From NCBI GenBank assembly GCA_937920475.1, contig CALEUX010000035.1:2981-66980 (forward strand): 64,000 nucleotides of DNA, given 5' to 3'. Source of the stretch: an uncultured Marinilabiliaceae bacterium (lineage in GTDB: Bacteria; Bacteroidota; Bacteroidia; Bacteroidales; Marinilabiliaceae). The notes below the pieces were generated by a model, which did no database searches, was not told the origin of the DNA, and worked only from the letters and a program-made list of their open reading frames with translations. This document shows, in pieces, positions 30,104-39,876 of this stretch. The translations under genes and the position numbers were made by a program. Each line of letters begins with the position of its first letter. The first letter of the stretch is position 1.

Positions 30104-32974
30104 ATGCGATGGATTTTTATTATTTTGATATTTCCATGGAATCTTGTGCAGGCGCAGGTAATTGATGATTTTTCTGATGGAAATTTTTCGAGCAATCCTG
30201 AATGGATTGGAACCACCGACAAGTTCAGAGTTGAATCTGCCATTGGGATGTTGCAACTTTTTGCACCGGCTGTCGATGGTGAAGCCTGGTTATTTACCAG
30301 GTCGGAGTCGATGGAAAATGCTGTTTGGCAGTTTCGCATCAGAATGGGATTTAATCCTTCTTCATCAAATTATGCACAGGTTTATCTGGCAACTCAATTT
30401 CCCGATTATCCCGTTTTGGGAAATGCTTTTTACCTGGTGCTTGGTACCACTGCTGATAATATATCCCTTTGGGAGCGCAAGATGGGCGTAAACCGAAGAC
30501 TCATCGAGGGTCAGGCCGGAAGATTAAATCTGAATAATGTTGATGCCAGAGTAAGGGTTATCCGTAAAAAAGGTGGGCTGTTTATTCTTGAAGTCAATAT
30601 GGGAGAAGGATGGATAGAAGAGGACCGTTTTCAAAATTCGCAGGGAATGGAGGCCTCATGGTTTGGATTAAGTTGTCACTACACATCAACCCGAAGTACG
30701 CTTTTTTATTTCGACGATATTATGGTTTCGGGCGAAGCCTATAAAGACACCATCCCTGCGGCAGTGAGCCATTTTGAGGTTCTGAACCGTTACAGCATAT
30801 TGTTACGTTTTTCCAAATCAGTAAACAAACTTCAATTGTCGGTAAATCGGTTTTTGTTTAACCGAAGTGCTAAAATGCCTGAAATTTTTACGGTTCCGGG
30901 CGATGAGTATGCCATTAAGTTGCAGATTAAAGATGGTTTACCTAACCTGAGTGGAGGAACTTTGCTAATATCAGGATTAACGGATTCAGATGACAATATT
31001 ATGCCGGATACGGAATTCTCTTATACTTACCAACCCGCTGTTTTGTCGTTAAAGGAGGTAATAGATAAGAGAAACATAAGGCTTTGTTTTAGCCGGCTCA
31101 TCAATCACACCAATATTACCACTGATAACATTAAATGGGTGAACTCCGGCCCTGCCATAAATGGTATATCATCAGCCGGGCCCGATTGTATTAATCTCCT
31201 TTTGGATGATGATTTTCCAAATGGTGAGATTCTCCAGTTTTTATTTAACAGAATTGTTTCGGTGAATGGCGATACCATTGACCAAGGCCCCTACGATTTG
31301 TTTTTTTATTTGCCCGGGCGGTTTGATGTGGTTATTAGCGAAGTAATGGCCGACCCCTCGCCGGTGGTGATGCTGCCCGATTCGGAATATATAGAACTTT
31401 ACAACAGAAGTCAGTATCCCATTCAGATGAATGGCTGGAAACTTTCTGTTGGAACACGTGAAACCGTATTGGGGAATTATTTACTTTTCCCCCACGATTA
31501 TTTATTACTGGTACCCTCCACACAAACCAGCGAATGGTCGTTTATTTCCAACCGTTTGGCACTTACCAGTTGGCCATTGTTGCCAAATACCGGAGGCGAT
31601 ATTGTGTTGCGCAACAAGTTTGGAAATGTAATGTCATCGTTAAGATACAATCCGGGAATGGGGGCCTATGGTTTTAAACAGGAAGGTGGATGGTCGCTTG
31701 AAATTAAAGATTCTGATAATTTATCGGGCGATTGGGAAAACTGGGGTTTTAGTAATCATGAATCAGGAGGAACACCGGGAAGGCCTAATTCTGTTGCTGC
31801 AAGTTTTCCAGATGCCAAGGCGCCTGAAATAATTGGATACTATCTGAAGTCGAAAAATTGTTTGGTAATAGAGTTTTCAGAACCTATGGGAATGACTGGC
31901 TGTTTAGATTTATACCAGCCCTCAGTGGAGCCAACTAATTTAATAGTTACTTCTTGTAAAGCCGAGGAAGTTTTTCTTAAGGAAACAGAAGTTTGTTTCC
32001 AGAATGAATTGCCTGAAAAAACAGTTTTTAAATTGAAGTTTAATAATTCTCCTGTTGATTTGGCCGGAAATGTTTTAATCGGATACAGCGGCCTGCATTT
32101 TGGCTGGCCCGAAAAGCCCGAGGCAGGAGATTTGGTTGTTAACGAATTGCTTTACGATCCCCCAACCAATGGCTCTGATTATTTGGAATTGTATAACAGG
32201 TCGGGAAAGGTACTTGATTTATCAGAGATTTATATTGCCAGGGCAGGGTCAAATGGAGATCCGGAGAAATTAGTAAGGTTATCGCCAGAAAAGCGCCTTT
32301 TTTTACCTGAAAAGTATTTGGCTTTTACCCCTGATAGAAACTGGCTAATGAATAACTATTTTGTGGAAGACAACAGATCTGTAATCCATTTGACCGAATT
32401 GCCAAATTATCTGACTAAAGAGGGAACTGTATTTGTGACTGATATAAGCGGACATTTGCTTGACAGGTTCGATTATCATGAAAACATGCATTTTAGTTTG
32501 TTGGCAAGCAAGAAAGGCGTTGCTCTTGAAAGAATTGATGTAAATGCACCCACACAAAGTAAGTCAAACTGGCATTCGGCATCGGCTTCAAGCGGTTATG
32601 GAACCCCCGGGATGAGAAATTCGCAGATGGTGGTTGCAGAAACTGTTTCAGATAGCGACTTTATATCTGTTGAGCCCGAAGTGTTTTTTCCCAATCAGGA
32701 TGGGATGAATGACCTTTTGATGATTAGATATTCATTTTTGGAGCCAGGATACACCTGTAGTGTTACCATTTTTAACCGCGAAGGAAAACCTGTAAGGCAT
32801 TTAATAAACAATCAGATGGTTGGAACAGACGGGTTTTTTACCTGGGATGGATTAAATGACCAAGGTGGCAGATGCGCAACCGGCATATATGTTATTTGGG
32901 TGAGAAGCTTCAGTTTAAGCGGGAAGGTAAGCGAAACCCGAAAAGTTGCTGTGCTTGGTTCAGGTCGGCCATAA
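30104..32974 (+). CDS. Large secreted protein with two lamin-tail (LTD) domains and a C-terminal T9SS type-B (CHU_C-like) sorting domain
   Basis: Signal peptide. LTD signatures ISEVMADPSP...SEYIELYNRS...GWKL and VNELLYDPPTNGSDYLELYNRSG. C-terminus FFPNQDGMNDLL...FTWDGLNDQG...GIYVIWV resembles the TPNGDGINDxF sorting domain. Confidence 0.7.
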   Translation: MRWIFIILIFPWNLVQAQVIDDFSDGNFSSNPEWIGTTDKFRVESAIGMLQLFAPAVDGEAWLFTRSESMENAVWQFRIRMGFNPSSSNYAQVYLATQFPDYPVLGNAFYLVLGTTADNISLWERKMGVNRRLIEGQAGRLNLNNVDARVRVIRKKGGLFILEVNMGEGWIEEDRFQNSQGMEASWFGLSCHYTSTRSTLFYFDDIMVSGEAYKDTIPAAVSHFEVLNRYSILLRFSKSVNKLQLSVNRFLFNRSAKMPEIFTVPGDEYAIKLQIKDGLPNLSGGTLLISGLTDSDDNIMPDTEFSYTYQPAVLSLKEVIDKRNIRLCFSRLINHTNITTDNIKWVNSGPAINGISSAGPDCINLLLDDDFPNGEILQFLFNRIVSVNGDTIDQGPYDLFFYLPGRFDVVISEVMADPSPVVMLPDSEYIELYNRSQYPIQMNGWKLSVGTRETVLGNYLLFPHDYLLLVPSTQTSEWSFISNRLALTSWPLLPNTGGDIVLRNKFGNVMSSLRYNPGMGAYGFKQEGGWSLEIKDSDNLSGDWENWGFSNHESGGTPGRPNSVAASFPDAKAPEIIGYYLKSKNCLVIEFSEPMGMTGCLDLYQPSVEPTNLIVTSCKAEEVFLKETEVCFQNELPEKTVFKLKFNNSPVDLAGNVLIGYSGLHFGWPEKPEAGDLVVNELLYDPPTNGSDYLELYNRSGKVLDLSEIYIARAGSNGDPEKLVRLSPEKRLFLPEKYLAFTPDRNWLMNNYFVEDNRSVIHLTELPNYLTKEGTVFVTDISGHLLDRFDYHENMHFSLLASKKGVALERIDVNAPTQSKSNWHSASASSGYGTPGMRNSQMVVAETVSDSDFISVEPEVFFPNQDGMNDLLMIRYSFLEPGYTCSVTIFNREGKPVRHLINNQMVGTDGFFTWDGLNDQGGRCATGIYVIWVRSFSLSGKVSETRKVAVLGSGRP

Positions 32975-33028
32975 AAGTGTGATGGTGGTTTTATAATTGA
33001 CTCTCCGGATGTTTGAAGTGTGCTTTTT

Positions 33029-33454
33029 TTAGAGTTTATTTTTCTTTAATATTGAGCCATCAGCATGAAATAAAACGGTAAAGCGATCGAGTTCAGTGTT
33101 TCGGGTAATCAATTCATAGGTGATTTCGTTTCCCGGTTGGTGAATACTGATGGCATTCATTATTTCGCCATGCGTAGCGGCAGCAACTTTAATAATATCA
33201 GGTAAATTAGAGGGGCTAAGGTTGATTCGGTATTCTGTTAGCACACCTTCTTTAGTGATGTGCGAGATGTACTCCTGCTCCTTAATATAAAATATGGCTT
33301 CATACCCGTTTTCAATTTGGCTCCATTCAATACTTTTGGCGTTTTTGAAAGTAGTATTAAAGCATTTTTTTGCTGCAGGTGTTGGAGAAATGGTATCTCC
33401 ACCTAAAATTTTATGTAATAACCTTTTCATGAATCTATTTTTTGGGGGCTTCAA
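33029..33454 (-). CDS. PepSY-like (beta-lactamase-inhibitor-like) domain protein downstream of an ECF sigma factor
   Basis: F..TFKNAKSIEWSQIENGYEAIF...ITKEGVLTEY and a second ...EITYELI... repeat are typical of PepSY-like domains. No obvious signal peptide or TM segment. Confidence 0.45.
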   Translation of the reverse strand: MKPPKNRFMKRLLHKILGGDTISPTPAAKKCFNTTFKNAKSIEWSQIENGYEAIFYIKEQEYISHITKEGVLTEYRINLSPSNLPDIIKVAAATHGEIMNAISIHQPGNEITYELITRNTELDRFTVLFHADGSILKKNKL

Positions 33455-33559
33455 CTAAGCCTATTTGTGACCTGCTTTTAAAGCAGGTGTGTTCCACTTC
33501 CAAAAATTGCTATCGTTACTATTATACAATACTTTATTCTCATTAATTTGATTTACGAT

Positions 33560-34171
33560 TTAAATTTGACTATCTTCTTCAATGTTCTTAAAATGATACA
33601 ACACTCTCGCCTTTGCTCTTTTAATCCTCATTTTTGCTGCGCTTTCGCTAATCCTCAATGAATCGCCTATTTGTTTAATAGGTAGATTGTATTCGTAACG
33701 CATTAAAAGAAGAGCCTTTTCTTCAGGATGAATCATCTCTAACACTTTGTTCAGATGTGAAAAAGAAATCTCAGGGAAGTCTTCTTCTGCATCATCAATG
33801 ATTTCAGGAATATTGTTGTTTTTGTTCCAGTTTGGATAATGCAACCTTTTTTTCAGCCTCAGGTAATCAATGCAATGGTTATAAGTAATAGAATACAGCC
33901 ATGAAGAGAAGGTCGACTGACCCTTAAATTTCTCTAGTTTTTCAAAAGCTTTAGATAAAATGTCGTTGGCTGATTCTTCGGCAAGGTTTTTATCTTTAAG
34001 CATGCTGTGGCATTTATCAACAACCCTGCGATAATAACGGTTATAAATAATTTCAAACAGTTGGGGATTATTATCCTCAACTATTTTCTTAATTATCTCC
34101 TCATCTTTCATATGTAGATGATGGTCGGATCGCATGTGCAGGTGTTTGGTTGATTTGCTTTGGTTTTGCAA
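33560..34171 (-). CDS. RNA polymerase sigma-70 factor, ECF subfamily
   Basis: Region 2 (FSSWLYSITYNHCIDYLR) and region 4 HTH (IKQIGDSLRISESAAKMRIKRA). The His-rich N-terminal extension (HLHMRSDHHLHM) may be untranslated if the true start is ATG 34111. Confidence 0.8.
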   Translation of the reverse strand: MQNQSKSTKHLHMRSDHHLHMKDEEIIKKIVEDNNPQLFEIIYNRYYRRVVDKCHSMLKDKNLAEESANDILSKAFEKLEKFKGQSTFSSWLYSITYNHCIDYLRLKKRLHYPNWNKNNNIPEIIDDAEEDFPEISFSHLNKVLEMIHPEEKALLLMRYEYNLPIKQIGDSLRISESAAKMRIKRAKARVLYHFKNIEEDSQI

Positions 34172-34463
34172 GGCAATATTAGCAAAAAGTAATGAGAAAG
34201 AAGCCTGTTTATAATCCGTTTTAATCAGCTATTGACGTTAATAAGAACATTTCGTAAATTTATGACCTACTTAATATTATCATTTAGTTTAAAATGGCAT
34301 TTTATTTTTTTATAATCGTTAGCAATTTTTTTATTGGTTTCTGCGTTACTTTTTAAAATTACTTCGTCTTAATATCGAATCCTTTATAAAAATGACATAA
34401 GTCATCTCATAACAGGAGTATAAATAAACGATAAACTAATCAATTACTGGAGGTTTAATTATT

Positions 34464-35054
34464 ATGAAAAAAAGTGTATTCGGTCTGTTGACCATTGCAA
34501 TGGTTCTTGTTTTTTCTTCATGTGCCAAGTATCCTCAAGTTGAGGTAGACGCTGCTAAAGCTGCTGTTGAAGCTGCTAAAGCTGCTGGTGCTGATGTTTA
34601 TTTACCAGAAGCTTTTACTGGTTTGCTTGGTTCTTTAGACGCTGCTACCGTTATGGTTGAAGAGCAAAAATCAAAATTCTTTTCTAACTATGATGAGGCT
34701 AAATCAAAATTAAGTGAAGTATCTGCTGCCGCTGCTCAAATGGTTACAGATACTGAAGCCCGCAAAGCTGAGTTAAAAGAAGAAGCGCTTGCTGCTATTG
34801 AATCAGTAAAAGGTTTAATTGCACAAAATCAGGAATTAGTAGAAAAAGCTCCCAAAGGAAAAGAAGGTAAAGCTGCGCTTGAAGCTATTAAAGCTGATTT
34901 AGCTGCTGTTGAGGCTGCTGTTGCCGAAGCTGCTTCTTTGGTTGAAGGTGGTAACTTTATTGGTGCTGCCGATAAAGCTAAAGCTGCCAACGATAAAGCT
35001 GTTTCTATTAATGAAGAATTAAATGCAGCTATTGCAAAAACTAAAAAAAGATAG
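34464..35054 (+). CDS. Ala-rich alpha-helical lipoprotein (DUF4398-like)
   Basis: Lipobox VFSSC. Low-complexity helical AAKAAVEAAKAAGA... repeats. YLPEAF resembles the DUF4398 pattern. C-terminus is ...AIAKTKKR. Confidence 0.7.
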   Translation: MKKSVFGLLTIAMVLVFSSCAKYPQVEVDAAKAAVEAAKAAGADVYLPEAFTGLLGSLDAATVMVEEQKSKFFSNYDEAKSKLSEVSAAAAQMVTDTEARKAELKEEALAAIESVKGLIAQNQELVEKAPKGKEGKAALEAIKADLAAVEAAVAEAASLVEGGNFIGAADKAKAANDKAVSINEELNAAIAKTKKR

Positions 35055-35080
35055 AAACTTTGTTTTTGTCCGATAAAACG

Positions 35081-35110
35081 ACCCCGGGCTTGTTTTCCCG
35101 GGGTTTTTTA
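35081..35110 (+). terminator. Rho-independent terminator after the lipoprotein gene
   Basis: Stem ACCCCGGG/CCCGGGGT followed by TTTTTTA. Confidence 0.75.
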
Positions 35111-35184
35111 TGGAACAGATGTTTAAGTTGAAACTGCAGGTTTAATACGATGCCGGAATATAACTGGCATGAAAGTGGGAATAG

Positions 35185-36327
35185 ATGAAGAAATTCTGGA
35201 TAATAGGTGTAGTAAGTTTTGTATTTGTATTGGTTATTGTTATTACCGGCTTAAAATGGCACAAGCAAAAAGTTGCCGGAGAAAATACGGCTATTGCCCT
35301 TAGAAGTGCCTCTGAGGCCATTTCCAACGCACGATTGCGGCACGCTTTTGTTTACGCATCTTCATTATTTCATGAAAGTGAAGAGATGTACCAAAAAGCC
35401 ATGCAAATGTGGCGAAAGGAAAATGAAAGATGGTATTTCGTCCGTGATTACGACCAGGTAATTTCGATGGCAGCCAATGCCGAAGAAAAAGTTAATCTGG
35501 CTATAAAAAAGGCAGGCGAACATCGCGATCGTTTCCAGAAGGATTTTGAAAAACTGGCTGAACAGTTATCATCAAAAATAAAGGACTTTGAATCGTATTA
35601 TTCGTTTTTACCACTTCCCGAAGATATACGAAACAAATTTGTAAAAGGCCGTATTCTTTTTACTGAATCGCAACGTTCGGGCGATAAAGGTGAGTTTTCC
35701 AAAGCATACAACAAAGCGAAGGATGCTTCTGAACTGATTAGTCAGGCATATGATTTTGGAAAGAAGAAACTCAATAATTACTTTGAATCATTTAAAAATT
35801 GGGAAAAGTTAAACAAAGAGGCGTTGCAATTGTCTCATTCGCGTAGGATTATTATGGTTGATAAGATTGCCCGAAAATGCTATGTATATAAAAATGGTAA
35901 AATTTCGCATGCTTTTAATTCCGAATTAGGAAGAAATTGGGTGGGAGACAAAAATAAGCAGGGCGATAAATCAACCCCCGAAGGGAAATATTATGTTACA
36001 AAAAAACTGAAAGGTTCGCAAACAATTTACTATAAAGCACTGTTAATCAATTATCCGAACGAAGAAGATAAAGCACGATTCAATAGCAATAAAGCCAATG
36101 GTGTTATTCCCAAAACAGCCCAGATTGGCGGCCTTATTGAAATTCATGGCGGCGGAGGAAAAGGCACCGACTGGACTGATGGTTGTGTTGCCTTAACTGA
36201 TAAAGATATGGATAAAATTTATCCACTGGCCGATGTTGGTACTCCGGTATTTATAGTTGGCTCACTGGTTTCGTGGGACCAGCTGAAAACCAGAGAAACC
36301 CTCAAGGCTGCTAATGATGATGAATGA
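35185..36327 (+). CDS. L,D-transpeptidase family protein (N-terminal TM anchor, helical DUF4398-like region, C-terminal YkuD domain)
   Basis: The C-terminal IEIHGGGGKGTDWTDGCVAL matches the YkuD catalytic His...Cys motif. Confidence 0.8.
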   Translation: MKKFWIIGVVSFVFVLVIVITGLKWHKQKVAGENTAIALRSASEAISNARLRHAFVYASSLFHESEEMYQKAMQMWRKENERWYFVRDYDQVISMAANAEEKVNLAIKKAGEHRDRFQKDFEKLAEQLSSKIKDFESYYSFLPLPEDIRNKFVKGRILFTESQRSGDKGEFSKAYNKAKDASELISQAYDFGKKKLNNYFESFKNWEKLNKEALQLSHSRRIIMVDKIARKCYVYKNGKISHAFNSELGRNWVGDKNKQGDKSTPEGKYYVTKKLKGSQTIYYKALLINYPNEEDKARFNSNKANGVIPKTAQIGGLIEIHGGGGKGTDWTDGCVALTDKDMDKIYPLADVGTPVFIVGSLVSWDQLKTRETLKAANDDE

Positions 36328-36356
36328 GTTGATGTTTTTGATTTAATCTGTTAAAT

Positions 36357-37088
36357 ATGGATTGGAAAGAGAAATATTTAAATCCGGTTCTGAATAAAGC
36401 GAGCGAGTTTTTAAAGGAAATACCATTTAAAAAAATCCTCCGATACACCGGTATTATTTTGTTTTGGTTGGTTTTAGTGTTTCTGCCATTTATAATATTG
36501 GTTTATACGCCGTCGATGGTAAACGGATATTTATCGTTAAAGTACTCGGCGTTAAATTATACTGCCCCCGACGAGGATGAAGTAGCCAAACAAAAAATGG
36601 AGAAAGAGGCCGACCGCATGGCCAAACGGCTTGAAGCTGCAACCCCCAGAGGCGCTTATATCGTAATTAACACAACTACCAATACTTTCAGGCTTTACAA
36701 TAAAAGAGAGCTGGTTCGTGAAGGAAATTGTTCAACCGGGAGTTATGTTAAGCTTGTAAAAGATGATGAACGTGAGTGGATGTTCAAAACGCCAAAGGGC
36801 ATTTTTCGCATTCAGGGTAAAGTTACAAATCCGGTTTGGCGCAAACCCGATTGGGCTTTTATAGAAGAAGGATTGCCAGTTCCTCCGGCAGGGCATGCAT
36901 CTCGGTTTGAATATGGTGTGCTGGGCGACTATGCCTTGAGCCTGGGTGATGGCTATCTCATACACGGAACCTTGTACCAACGATTTTTAGGGATGCCTGT
37001 AACTCATGGTTGTGTGCGTTTGGGCGATGATGATCTGGAAGTTGTTTTTCGTACTTTGCCCATAGGCGCTAAAGTTTTTATTTTTTGA
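36357..37088 (+). CDS. L,D-transpeptidase (YkuD domain), membrane-anchored
   Basis: TM helix, then YLIHGT...GMPVTHGCVRL, the canonical YkuD active site. Confidence 0.85.
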   Translation: MDWKEKYLNPVLNKASEFLKEIPFKKILRYTGIILFWLVLVFLPFIILVYTPSMVNGYLSLKYSALNYTAPDEDEVAKQKMEKEADRMAKRLEAATPRGAYIVINTTTNTFRLYNKRELVREGNCSTGSYVKLVKDDEREWMFKTPKGIFRIQGKVTNPVWRKPDWAFIEEGLPVPPAGHASRFEYGVLGDYALSLGDGYLIHGTLYQRFLGMPVTHGCVRLGDDDLEVVFRTLPIGAKVFIF

Positions 37089-37104
37089 TTTAAACCAATA
37101 TTGA

Positions 37105-37884
37105 ATGGATAGTAATTCTACCGAAGGATTAACCAAAGCGAAAAAGAAATCTTTGTTGCAGAAGATTTTTATTGGAATCATCATACTATTATTTGCCTTC
37201 TCATTGGGGTATTTTACCATTAGTATGATTTCGGCCAATTATACACTTCAATCGTATAACCGCACTTATGGCACCTCCGACGATGAGGCTTCACCTGTTT
37301 CTTTTGTTCCCTATCATATTGCTTTTCTTGAAGCCCGGCATACCATGTCGAAGGTTGATTCCATATCCTTGTCTGTCAATTTGAATGATACCATTGCTAC
37401 ACTTGAAATGGGTGGGGTGGTTGTTTTTGAAGCTCCGCTGGAAGGATTCCGGGTTTCTCCATTGTTGAGAGCATTAAAGCCCGAAGCCTTGTCGAACCTC
37501 CTCAGATCGCCTGCCCGCGTAGTATCCTACAACGCAACCATTGAAAAAGAGCCAATTACAGTAAAACAAGCACCACGCGATACAACCGAAGCAGCTTTAG
37601 ACGATGATGAGTTGCCGGTGGTAACGCGCCAGGCTGCTTTCTTTACGCTTCACCTCGATTCGGGCATCCGTATTGTTGTAATGCCTCACGAAGAAGGTGG
37701 ATTTGACCGGTTGGTGTATATAGCCCGTCAAAACCTTTATCTTTTTAAACAACGCCTGTCGGTATTGTTTAAAGGAAGCCTGCCCGAGTATGTGCCAATT
37801 ATTATGATTGAGGTTTCGGCCGATGATGCTAAAACATTGTTTAGGGCATTGCCAGAGCATGCTCAGGTTGCCCTAAAGCTTTAA
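37105..37884 (+). CDS. Membrane-anchored hypothetical protein in the L,D-transpeptidase operon
   Basis: One N-terminal TM helix and no recognised catalytic motif. Begins 16 nt after the preceding gene. Confidence 0.5.
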   Translation: MDSNSTEGLTKAKKKSLLQKIFIGIIILLFAFSLGYFTISMISANYTLQSYNRTYGTSDDEASPVSFVPYHIAFLEARHTMSKVDSISLSVNLNDTIATLEMGGVVVFEAPLEGFRVSPLLRALKPEALSNLLRSPARVVSYNATIEKEPITVKQAPRDTTEAALDDDELPVVTRQAAFFTLHLDSGIRIVVMPHEEGGFDRLVYIARQNLYLFKQRLSVLFKGSLPEYVPIIMIEVSADDAKTLFRALPEHAQVALKL

Positions 37885-37969
37885 AAGGGGTTTCAATAAA
37901 CCGTAAAACAAAACCCGCAAAGATTGCAGTAAAGGCATTCTTTGCGGGTTTCTTATGTATTGCTATTAC

Positions 37970-38782
37970 TTATAGGGTACCAATTAGTTCGGCAATAACT
38001 TTTGTCATTTTTGGTTCGGCGGCAGCAGCCACTTTTTGAACCTCTTCGTGCGAAATTTCAACAATTTGCCCGGGAACTCCCGAATCGGTTATAATAGATA
38101 CGCCAAAACAAGTCATATCCATGTGGCGGGCAACAATTACCTCAGGTACAGTTGACATACCAACCGTATCGCCTCCAATGATTCTAAAAAATTTATACTC
38201 TGCGGGAGTTTCGAAGGTTGGGCCCGCGGTTCCCACATAAACGCCCTGCTTAAGGAAGATGTTGTTTTTATAAGCAATATCTTTGGCTCTGGCTATAAGT
38301 TCATGACTGTAAGGCTGGCTCATATCGGGGAAGCGGGGGCCGAGTTCTGCAATGTTTTTTCCCATTAGCGGATTATCGCCAAACATATTTATGTGGTCTT
38401 CTATCAGCATTATATCGCCCACCTTAAAGTCGGGGTTTAAACCACCGCTGGCATTGGATACCACCAGGTATTTAATGCCCATTTGTTTCATCACGCGAAC
38501 CGGAAAAGTAACCTCCTTCATGGTGTATCCTTCGTAGTAATGAAACCGGCCTTGCATAGCCATAACCGGTTTTCCGTTTATTTTTCCGAAAATTAACTGA
38601 CCGTTGTGTCCTTCAACCGTAGAAACCGGAAAGTTTGGAATATCCTCGTAAGGTATGGTTTTTTCAATATCAATTTCTTTTACCAGTCCGCCCAGTCCGG
38701 TACCCAGAATGATTCCTATTTGCGGATTAGTTTTTTGAATGCCCATGAGAAACCGGGCCGTTTCGTTAATTTTCTCCAACAT
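37970..38782 (-). CDS. Purine nucleoside phosphorylase (PunA-type, trimeric family)
   Basis: IGIILGTGLG, STVEGHNGQL, MQGRFHYYEG, VSNASGGLNP and GMSTVPE motifs. Confidence 0.9.
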   Translation of the reverse strand: MLEKINETARFLMGIQKTNPQIGIILGTGLGGLVKEIDIEKTIPYEDIPNFPVSTVEGHNGQLIFGKINGKPVMAMQGRFHYYEGYTMKEVTFPVRVMKQMGIKYLVVSNASGGLNPDFKVGDIMLIEDHINMFGDNPLMGKNIAELGPRFPDMSQPYSHELIARAKDIAYKNNIFLKQGVYVGTAGPTFETPAEYKFFRIIGGDTVGMSTVPEVIVARHMDMTCFGVSIITDSGVPGQIVEISHEEVQKVAAAAEPKMTKVIAELIGTL

Positions 38783-39833
38783 ATGTATCTAATTTACTAT
38801 TAAAACGATTTTGAGCATCGAACAAAAAAACAAGCTCGATGGGAATATACCAAATATTTTTCAATAATCTCTCAGACAATGATTTTGATGCAGCTAACCT
38901 TTGAGCGTCTTTCTCGGTGGTAATAATAATCGCCGGAGAATCCTCATTCTCAAAACATAATTGCTCCATCTTTTTAAGGTCTGTAACTGAGAAATCATGA
39001 TGGTCGGGGAACCGTAGTTTTTTAACAGGAACCAAAAAGTTTTCTGTCATTTTAAAAAATGGTTCCGGATTTCCAATGCCTGCCACCGCTACGATGGATT
39101 TGCCCGGCAAGGCTATCAATTGTTGAAACAATTCCGGCTGTGGGTTTAAAGGTACAGGGTTACCATATTTTATGGTGGTAAAGAAAATCTGGTCTTCGTT
39201 GGCTACTTTAAGCTTACGCTGAATAAAAAGCGCTTCATTTTTTGATAATGAATCAGGGCATTTATTCACAACTATTAAATCTGCTCTTTGGATGCCTCTT
39301 TTGGGCTCGCGAAGGTTTCCGGCCGGCAAACATAAATCTTGCCAAAGAGGCCTGTAATAATCCATCACCAATAACGATAATCCGGGTTTCACATAGCGGT
39401 GTTGAAAGGCATCGTCCAATACAACCACTTGCGGTTTTTCTGGCAGATTGAGCAAAGCATACATCCCTCTGCGGCGTTTTTCGGCAACCGCAACAATAAG
39501 GTTTTTAAATTTCGATTTAACCTGAAAGGGCTCGTCGCCAATGGTTGAATAATCTGATGTTTCATTGGCAATTATAACGCCTTTGGTTTGGCGGCCATAG
39601 CCTCTGCTAAGCAATGCGCATCGTTTGTTTTTTTCGAGATGCCTGATAATAAGCTCTGTTAGCGGGGTTTTGCCCGTTCCTCCAACAGTAAGGTTGCCAA
39701 CCGAAATAACCGGAATGCTGTATTTTACCGATGTGAGTATGCCAATATCGAACAGCACATTGCGGATGGTTGCAATGGCAGCAAAAATGAGCGAAAATGG
39801 GAAAAGCAGTATGCGTAACCGAAGTTTTACCAT
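38766..39833 (-). CDS. lpxK: Tetraacyldisaccharide 4'-kinase
   Basis: GNLTVGGTGKTP P-loop, SRGYGR and LDDAFQH motifs. Overlaps the PNP gene by 17 nt. Confidence 0.9.
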   Translation of the reverse strand: MVKLRLRILLFPFSLIFAAIATIRNVLFDIGILTSVKYSIPVISVGNLTVGGTGKTPLTELIIRHLEKNKRCALLSRGYGRQTKGVIIANETSDYSTIGDEPFQVKSKFKNLIVAVAEKRRRGMYALLNLPEKPQVVVLDDAFQHRYVKPGLSLLVMDYYRPLWQDLCLPAGNLREPKRGIQRADLIVVNKCPDSLSKNEALFIQRKLKVANEDQIFFTTIKYGNPVPLNPQPELFQQLIALPGKSIVAVAGIGNPEPFFKMTENFLVPVKKLRFPDHHDFSVTDLKKMEQLCFENEDSPAIIITTEKDAQRLAASKSLSERLLKNIWYIPIELVFLFDAQNRFNSKLDTYVGEN

Positions 39834-39876
39834 TTTATCAGATTAGGAATAATTGAACGATTTTCAAAAGTAAAAG

